A stretch of 64,000 nucleotides of DNA. Origin: a virus. Of this stretch, positions 59,023 to 64,000 are shown in pieces; the first letter of the stretch is position 1, and every line of letters begins with the position of its first letter. Below the pieces are notes generated by a model. The model was not told where the DNA came from. It did not search any database and saw only the letters and a program-made list of their open reading frames with translations. The position numbers and the translations under genes were made by a program. The DNA is taken from the IMG/VR virus record IMGVR_UViG_3300050014_000899; one strand, 5' to 3'.

Positions 59023-59367
59023 ATGTTAACAGAAAAAAATACCGTACTTTTACCTCTTGAAGATTATAATGATCTTAGAGATTTTAAACAGAATCTTGAA
59101 AAAAATAATTCTGCTCGAATTACAGGAGGCAGATACAGTGGTGGAAACTCTTACACTTTTGTGTCTACAGAAGAAACGGTAAAATTGGCTACAAAATTTA
59201 ATGATGAGCTGATTAAGGAAAATAATGAATTAAGATCTAAAGTTTCAGAATTGCAAACTTTGAAGGATCTTCCAAAACCGGCACCAGTACCGTTAAACAC
59301 ATACCAACTTAATGAACTCAAAAATATGACAATTTGGGAGTTCAGAAAATGGAAAAAACAAAAATAA
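59023..59367 (+). CDS. hypothetical protein
   Basis: ORF. Confidence 0.65.
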   Translation: MLTEKNTVLLPLEDYNDLRDFKQNLEKNNSARITGGRYSGGNSYTFVSTEETVKLATKFNDELIKENNELRSKVSELQTLKDLPKPAPVPLNTYQLNELKNMTIWEFRKWKKQK

Positions 59368-59443
59368 AAATAATTTTACATTAAGTTAAAACTTTTCGGG
59401 AAAATCCCGTAATATATAGAGAAACTAATAAATACTACAGCAA

Positions 59444-59548
59444 ATGACAAGGCGTGCAAATATGGATAATTTCGTGGATTGGGGCTTTAATAGAGCAGCC
59501 AATAAAGACGGAGGTTATGGATGCCCGCTAAGGTGGAGAGGTATTTAA
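59444..59548 (+). CDS. putative attenuator leader peptide 2 (MTRRANMDNFVDWGFNRAANKDGGYGCPLRWRGI)
   Basis: 34 codons directly before a terminator and tRNA array 2. Confidence 0.62.
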   Translation: MTRRANMDNFVDWGFNRAANKDGGYGCPLRWRGI

Positions 59549-59575
59549 CGAGGTAGTTAAAAAAATCTTTATATT

Positions 59576-59608
59576 AAGCGGGATCCCAACAGGTCCCGCT
59601 TTTCTTTT
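59576..59608 (+). terminator. attenuator terminator 2
   Basis: AAGCGGGATC/GGTCCCGCTT plus T-tract; 5' arm can alternatively pair with GGATGCCCGCT 59519-59529. Confidence 0.8.
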
Positions 59609-59675
59609 GATTAAAATTATGGAGCTTAAGCTAATCTAGTGAAAGCACTAACTCATCTAAATTTCTCTACTTTAT

Positions 59676-59762
59676 GGTCTCAGGAGCTGCTAGGCGTGGC
59701 TGCCGGACTGTCACTCCGGAACAGGTAAAACTGACAGGTGGGTTCGAATCCCATTGAGACCG
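59676..59762 (+). tRNA. tRNA-Asp(GTC) with long variable arm
   Basis: GGTCTCA/TGAGACC, loop CTGTCAC. Confidence 0.8.
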
Positions 59763-59817
59763 CAACAAATATGCTCGGTAAAGCCTCTTATGATAAATAA
59801 CGTAACTGAGTACTTAT

Positions 59818-59894
59818 AGGGGTGTAGTTCAAGTGGTAGAATAGTGGTCTCCAAAACCAAAGGTTTGCGGGTTCGAGTCCTGCCACCCCTGCCA
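59818..59894 (+). tRNA. tRNA-Trp(CCA)
   Basis: AGGGGTG/CACCCCT-G-CCA, loop CTCCAAA. Confidence 0.93.
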
Positions 59895-59984
59895 GAGATT
59901 TAGTATATGTGAAGACTTGAAGGACTTTGGCCCTTGATTTTAGAGCTTACATACTTTCATGCCAATGAAGGAACTAAATCACAA

Positions 59985-60058
59985 GGGGAATTAGCTCAGT
60001 TGGCTAGAGCACCTGCCCTGCAAGCAGGGGGTCACGAGTTCGACTCTCGTATTCTCCA
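59985..60058 (+). tRNA. tRNA-Ala(TGC) (C33)
   Basis: G3:U70, loop CCTGCAA. Confidence 0.92.
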
Positions 60059-60192
60059 CTCGAGGATGTTCGGCATCATTCAACTCATTCCAAGAAGGTG
60101 TCAAGTAACGAATGTCTAAGTTAAGTCACAGCGGCCGTACCTATAACGGTCAAAATTTCATGCTCGGGCTTTTTTCCGGTTCGTTACTTTAT

Positions 60193-60265
60193 GCGCTTTT
60201 AGCTCAGATGGTAGAGTAGGTGCCTCTTAAGCATCGGGTCCAGGGTTCGATCCCCTGAAGGCGCA
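60193..60265 (+). tRNA. tRNA-Lys(CTT)
   Basis: Loop CTCTTAA. Confidence 0.92.
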
Positions 60266-60350
60266 CAAATGAAAGTGAACGGCGCGTCTACCGTTTAATG
60301 ATTACCGACAAGTTGAAAAAGTCTTGGGCTATAACAGCTTTCATTTATTT

Positions 60351-60426
60351 GGGACGTAGGTCAAACGGTTAAGATGTCGGCCTGTCACGCCGTACGGAGC
60401 GGGTTCAACTCCCGTACGTCCCGCCA
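60351..60426 (+). tRNA. tRNA-Asp(GTC)
   Basis: GGGACGT/ACGTCCC-G-CCA, loop CTGTCAC. Confidence 0.9.
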
Positions 60427-60528
60427 ATATGTAGTAAGAAAAGGGTTACATCGGTTATGATTGGTTCGATTCCAATTTTACCCTGCGAAAGCTCGGGTGA
60501 ATTAAAGCTCTTTTCAATTTTCTCATAT
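60427..60528 (+). ncRNA. Y-RNA-like element J (T-arm plus closed acceptor-like stem)
   Basis: ATATG-TAGTAA...GGTTACATCG, ATTGG-TTCGATT-CCAAT, TTACCC/GGGTGAA, TTCT-CATAT. Confidence 0.78.
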
Positions 60529-60534
60529 CGTTTT

Positions 60535-60608
60535 GTCGATAATAGTTTAATGGTAGAATATCCAGCGGTAAAACGAGGGAAGGAACCGGTTCGATTCCGG
60601 CTAAGACT
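60535..60608 (+). pseudogene. degenerate tRNA
   Basis: D arm and T arm present; anticodon and acceptor stems disrupted. Confidence 0.45.
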
Positions 60609-60611
60609 CCT

Positions 60612-60761
60612 GGGAGTATAGCTCAATGGTAGAGCAATTGGCTGTCTACAGACAGAAGTGTCTGAATAAAAACTTTAGGTGAAGTCTTATGAAGTTAAAG
60701 GAATCAAAATCCTCTTCATCTGCTAACCAATAGGTTCTGGGTTCGAGTCCCTGTGCCCCCG
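60612..60761 (+). tRNA. tRNA-Asn(GTT) with ~78 nt anticodon-loop intron/insertion
   Basis: ATTGG-CTGT[60646-60723]TAA-CCAAT restores the canonical Asn loop. Confidence 0.7.
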
Positions 60762-60828
60762 CTAATAACTAATAAGCAAAAAGATAAAAGTTCGAAACTT
60801 TTTCTGAATATATAGTAAAAGATATATT

Positions 60829-61548
60829 ATGAAGAGTTGCGAAAATTGTCAAAAAGAGCATGAAGGAACTTATGGTTCTGGAAGATTTTGTTCAGCTGAA
60901 TGTGCTAGGGGATTTAGCACAAAAGAAAAACGTTCTTTGATAAATGAAAAAATAAGCAAAAAAATGAAAGGATCGGGACATTCTGATATAAAAATAATTT
61001 GTCCTATATGCCAAACAGAATTTGAAGTTTCATGGAATAAAAGAAATCAAAAATTTTGTTCACGAAATTGTTCAATGAGATTTTCTAATTCTCAACCAGA
61101 AAATATAAAAAATTTATCTTTAAAAAGAATCAACAAAATACTTAAAGGACAAGTAAATGATTATGGTATAAAGATGATATATAAATTCAAAAATAAGGAT
61201 ATTAAATGCGATTCAAAAATAGAATTTGCTTGTTTAAATTTTTTTGAAACTAAAGAGGCATCAGAGATGGAAAGATGCAATCTAATTATTGAATATAAGG
61301 ATAAAGATAAAATAAGAAGATTTAATCCGGATTTTAAAATAAAAATAGATAATAATATTTATATTGTTGAAGTTAAGAGTTATATGAGTATTAAATCTAT
61401 AAATGAAAAATGGCGAAATTATAATGAATTATCTAAATTGAAAAAAGAAGCTTTAATAAATTTTTGTCAATTAAATAACTATATTCCCTTTTGGTTTACA
61501 AAAGATTTAAACAGAAATTTTTATAATAATGTTTCGGTCGTACTATAA
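60829..61548 (+). CDS. PD-(D/E)XK (TnsA-like) endonuclease with N-terminal Zn motif
   Basis: CENC.KEHEGTYGSGRFCS; FNPDF...VEVKS. Confidence 0.75.
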   Translation: MKSCENCQKEHEGTYGSGRFCSAECARGFSTKEKRSLINEKISKKMKGSGHSDIKIICPICQTEFEVSWNKRNQKFCSRNCSMRFSNSQPENIKNLSLKRINKILKGQVNDYGIKMIYKFKNKDIKCDSKIEFACLNFFETKEASEMERCNLIIEYKDKDKIRRFNPDFKIKIDNNIYIVEVKSYMSIKSINEKWRNYNELSKLKKEALINFCQLNNYIPFWFTKDLNRNFYNNVSVVL

Positions 61549-61606
61549 TTGGTCAGACTGCACTCTGTTAAAGTGAATAATGTAGGTTCGAATCCTACCC
61601 GAAACG
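61531..61606 (+). tRNA. tRNA-Asn(GTT)
   Basis: GTTTCGG/CCGAAAC, loop CTGTTAA. Confidence 0.75.
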
Positions 61607-61680
61607 CCGCGCCGCCCAAAGGACGGATGCCCTGGTCACACAAAACCGTATTTGTGCAACTCACCTACGGGGTGAGTATT

Positions 61681-61917
61681 GCCCTGGTAGTTTAACTGGA
61701 GGAGGAACATGAAGTTATTAAATGCTCTCAACACTCAGCGCTGAGATGTTGGTCAAAGAGACATCAGACCTGATAAAAAAGTTAGGGAGGTGCAAAGGCA
61801 TTTATTAAAGAATGGTGGAATAGCTTGCCATCCAAATTTAATTTATGCTGGTAATAGACATTCCGAGAATTCTGGATTCGTTCAGAGGTGTGGGTTCGAT
61901 TCCCGCTGGGGGTTCCA
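61681..61917 (+). tRNA. tRNA-like gene with ~165 nt insertion in the anticodon arm
   Basis: 5' half GCCCTGGTAGTTTAACTGG...TGAA; 3' half TTCA...GTGGG-TTCGATT-CCCGC...TCCA; weak acceptor stem. Confidence 0.5.
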
Positions 61918-61925
61918 ATTTTAAA

Positions 61926-61998
61926 GTTCTTTTAGCTCAGTTGGAAGAGCGCTTCCGTGACATGGAAGAGGCCGTAGATTCGAGTTCTACAAGGAACA
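61926..61998 (+). tRNA. tRNA-Val(GAC)
   Basis: Loop GTGACAT. Confidence 0.88.
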
Positions 61999-62003
61999 CA
62001 AAC

Positions 62004-62079
62004 AGCGACATAGCTCAGTGTGAGAGCGCTCCCGTTCATAGGGAGAGGTGCGGAGGTTCAATTCCTTCTGTCGCTACCA
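62004..62079 (+). tRNA. atypical tRNA, loop GTTCATA (TCA by canonical count; CAT off-register)
   Basis: AGCGACA/TGTCGCT-A-CCA; CTCCC/GGGAG stem. Confidence 0.6.
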
Positions 62080-62080
62080 A

Positions 62081-62182
62081 GGGAGTATAAGCTGTTAGAT
62101 GCATAAACAGCCATACGGGAGAACGGCGAATTTGGTGCTAAGACCATCATCCGCTGAGAGGGTTCGAATCCCTTTACTTCCA
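62081..62182 (+). ncRNA. tRNA-like element with non-canonical core
   Basis: GGGAGTA/TACTTCC acceptor and T-arm. Confidence 0.45.
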
Positions 62183-62247
62183 CGAAATTCACTGTGAAGG
62201 TGAAATTTAATTTTCTTTCCAAAAGTTCGAACATAAGAAAGAAGATT

Positions 62248-62322
62248 TGCGATATAGAGCAGTGTTAGCTCGCTCCCGGGAAAAGGGAGAGGTCGGAGGT
62301 TCAATTCCTTCTGTCGCGACCA
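62248..62322 (+). tRNA. atypical tRNA, GAA anticodon (Phe?), G33
   Basis: Paralogue of 62004; loop GGGAAAA; CCA. Confidence 0.6.
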
Positions 62323-62396
62323 GTTCCTTTAGCTCAGCTGGAAGTAGCGCCACCCCTACATGGTGGATGTCATAGGTTCGATCCCTATAAGGAACA
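62323..62396 (+). tRNA. tRNA-Val(TAC) (C33)
   Basis: GTTCCTT/AAGGAAC, loop CCTACAT. Confidence 0.85.
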
Positions 62397-62397
62397 C

Positions 62398-62537
62398 AAA
62401 CTGTAGTAAAACAGCGAGTTACTTCGTATTCCAAACGACTAGTCTAGGTGCAAATCCTGGGTCCCCTGCCAAAATTACTTAGGGGATTAGTGTAATAGAT
62501 AGCACAGTAAAAACACTCAAGTTAAATTTCTCAGTTT
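62398..62537 (+). ncRNA. Y-RNA-like element K carrying a circularly permuted tRNA (Trp/Gly-like)
   Basis: AAACTG/CAGTTT stem; loop ATTCCAA, T-arm, GTCCCCT-GCCA, linker, AGGGGAT, D arm. Confidence 0.8.
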
Positions 62538-62539
62538 AC

Positions 62540-62641
62540 GGGAATGAAACTATTAGGGGGCGGAACCCTTTTATCCACAGTAGGAATAGTGATAAGGAAG
62601 CAGGCCGATCACCTGAGTGAGTTCGATTCTCACCATTTCCA
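62540..62641 (+). ncRNA. tRNA-like element with non-canonical core
   Basis: GGGAATG/CATTTCC acceptor, T-arm GTGAG-TTCGATT-CTCAC. Confidence 0.45.
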
Positions 62642-62699
62642 CTAGTAGACCGTTATAATTTCATAGGACTCACATTGGAGAGTACAGCGTAGAAATTAA

Positions 62700-62773
62700 T
62701 GGGACACATGTTCCAAGGCAAGGCGAATGAGTTTTGCAAACTTGTTGGGAGGTTTCGATTACCTTTGTCTCCA
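62700..62773 (+). tRNA. atypical tRNA, TGC anticodon (Ala?)
   Basis: Loop TTTGCAA; T-arm present. Confidence 0.55.
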
Positions 62774-62778
62774 CACAC

Positions 62779-62874
62779 TGCGGAAGAGTGAAACGGATAG
62801 AGATTTTAATTAATTTCGCTATCATCCAGGGCTCATAACCCTCGGGATATTGGGTTCGACTCCCATTTCCGCTA
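62779..62874 (+). tRNA. initiator-like tRNA-Met(CAT) with D-loop insertion
   Basis: GGG-CTCATAA-CCC, 1:72 mismatch, ~20 nt extra in D loop. Confidence 0.65.
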
Positions 62875-62991
62875 CTAAAAACAAATGGCAGCACAACACC
62901 TAAAGGGACGCTTTTAAGGTAGTGGCCGAAGCATCGAAAATCAGAAATGACCTGCCGATGTAAAAAACGAATCCGGGCGTTTGTTTTATAT

Positions 62992-63078
62992 GCCGTCGTG
63001 CCAGAGTGGCCAATCGGGGAGGGCTCATATCCCTTGGCTTTTATAGCCCCATAGGTTCGAATCCTATCGACGGTACCA
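62992..63078 (+). tRNA. tRNA-Met/Ile2(CAT) with long variable arm
   Basis: GCCGTCG/CGACGGT-A-CCA, loop CTCATAT. Confidence 0.75.
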
Positions 63079-63094
63079 AATTTAATGTATAAAA

Positions 63095-63601
63095 ATGTAT
63101 TATACAATTTACAAAACTACGAATAAATTTAATGGCAAGTTTTATATCGGAAAGCATCAGACTCAGAAATTAAATGATAATTATTTAGGGTCTGGAAAAG
63201 CTTTGGAACTGGCTATTAAGAAATACGGTAAAGAGAATTTTCAAAAAAGAATTATTTTTGTTTTTGATAATGAAATTTTAATGAATCAAAAAGAAAAAGA
63301 AATTGTTACAGAGAATTTTATATCCAGCAATACAAATTATAATTGTGGGGTTGGGGGAGAAGGAGGAGCTCAATTCTTAAATAAATCTCACTCTGAAAAA
63401 ACTAAAAAATTGCTTGCTGAAAAAGCTAAATTAATAAAGCCCTCTAAAGAAACTAGAGATAAAATATCAGAGGGTAATAGAAAAAGAACATTATCTAAAG
63501 AAACAAGAAATAAACTCTCTCAAAAATCTTTCGAGAGATGGAAAAAATTGCGGGTTGGAGAAAATAGTCATCTCATTGGGCTCATAACCCAAGGTTGCTA
63601 G
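63095..63601 (+). CDS. GIY-YIG homing endonuclease
   Basis: TIYKTT...YIGKH...YLGSG...GGEGG; overlaps next tRNA. Confidence 0.88.
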   Translation: MYYTIYKTTNKFNGKFYIGKHQTQKLNDNYLGSGKALELAIKKYGKENFQKRIIFVFDNEILMNQKEKEIVTENFISSNTNYNCGVGGEGGAQFLNKSHSEKTKKLLAEKAKLIKPSKETRDKISEGNRKRTLSKETRNKLSQKSFERWKKLRVGENSHLIGLITQGC

Positions 63602-63624
63602 GGCGGTACTAGTGCCCGCTACCA
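63549..63624 (+). tRNA. initiator-like tRNA-Met(CAT), degenerate T-loop
   Basis: TTGGG-CTCATAA-CCCAA; GCGGGT/GCCCGC; ACCA. Confidence 0.6.
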
Positions 63625-63629
63625 ATTAA

Positions 63630-63741
63630 GCTGTAGTAACTGTAAGAATTACTTCGTTGAGTTCGATTCTCAATTTTCCCGCCAGATTTTAAAGGGAAAA
63701 TCGCCACAAAGGGTGGCATTATTCTTCTAATTTTTCTCAGC
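63630..63741 (+). ncRNA. Y-RNA-like element L (permuted T-arm/acceptor-CCA/D-like arm)
   Basis: GCTG-TAGTAA...ATTACTTCG, TTGAG-TTCGATT-CTCAA, TTTTCCC-GCCA...GGGAAAA, TTCT-CAGC. Confidence 0.8.
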
Positions 63742-63797
63742 GAAAATACATGCCGGATGACCCCCGTTGTATCACGGTGCCGGCTCCAATAAGGTCA

Positions 63798-63870
63798 GAT
63801 CTCGTAGCTCAGTTGGTAGAGCACATCCCTTTTAAGGATGGGGTCCTGGGTTCGAGCCCCAGCGGGATCA
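63798..63870 (+). tRNA. tRNA-Lys(TTT)
   Basis: GATCTCG/CGGGATC, loop CTTTTAA. Confidence 0.93.
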
Positions 63871-63871
63871 C

Positions 63872-63977
63872 AATCGTAGTAATGGAAAGAGTTACTTCGT
63901 GCTAATGGTTAGCAAAATCCTGTTAAGATTACTTCGCGGTTCAATTCCGCCTGTTACCTCTTCCGATTTTCTCGATT
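63872..63977 (+). ncRNA. Y-RNA-like element M carrying an acceptor-less tRNA-Asn(GTT) body
   Basis: AATCG-TAGTAA...GAGTTACTTCG, D arm, AATC-CTGTTAA-GATT, T-arm, TTCT-CGATT. Confidence 0.78.
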
Positions 63978-63979
63978 AT

Positions 63980-64000
63980 GGGAGCTTAGCTCAGTTGGTT
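63980..64000 (+). tRNA. 5' part of a tRNA (truncated by window)
   Basis: GGGAGCTTAGCTCAGTTGGTT. Confidence 0.7.

Noticed and set aside
59620-59670. 5' half of a split tRNA (GGAGCTT...CTCAT)
   Set aside because: No matching T-arm/acceptor 3' half could be found.
3644-63601. Intron-encoded status of the GIY-YIG genes
   Set aside because: Flanking genes are complete and not split, so the endonucleases appear free-standing.
1-64000. Alternative genetic code (TAG/TGA recoding)
   Set aside because: Long recognisable genes are intact in the standard code, and TGA/TAG act as stops with tight gene coupling.

Overview
AT-rich, almost entirely + strand segment of a large T4-like (jumbo) bacteriophage genome. 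The host is most likely Bacteroidota, based on repeated TAnnTTTG -7 promoter elements and a Bacteroidota-type TonB receptor. The window has replication genes (clamp loader, RNase H-like 5'-3' exonuclease), about 16 free-standing GIY-YIG/HNH/PD-(D/E)XK endonuclease genes, a complete deamidating NAD+ salvage set (PncA, PncB, NadR, NadE, plus Nudix and macro-domain proteins), a KamA-family radical SAM enzyme, and two large tRNA/ncRNA arrays (about 12.1-21.0 kb and 59.6-64.0 kb, the second cut by the window edge). Two observations stand out. (1) A Ro60/TROVE gene (22466-24169) is accompanied by at least 13 dispersed ncRNAs that share one closing stem (G-TAGTAA...TTAC(T/A)TCG-[cargo]-...AAT-TTCT-C, with a compensatory base change). 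Their cargoes differ: circularly permuted tRNAs, some retaining anticodon and CCA; tRNAs without a free acceptor end; short loops; and 200-250 nt structured domains. This looks like a modular Y-RNA library. (2) Each tRNA array is preceded by a short leader ORF with an antiterminator/terminator pair, and the leader codons match the amino-acid set of that array (LSYQPLTLTLTQEEQLPC before the Leu/Tyr/Gln/Pro/Thr/Glu/Cys array; MTRRANMDNFVDWGFNRAANKD before the Asp/Trp/Ala/Lys/Asn/Val/Met array). This suggests ribosome-mediated attenuation that senses tRNA depletion. All calls are by eye, with no database searches.
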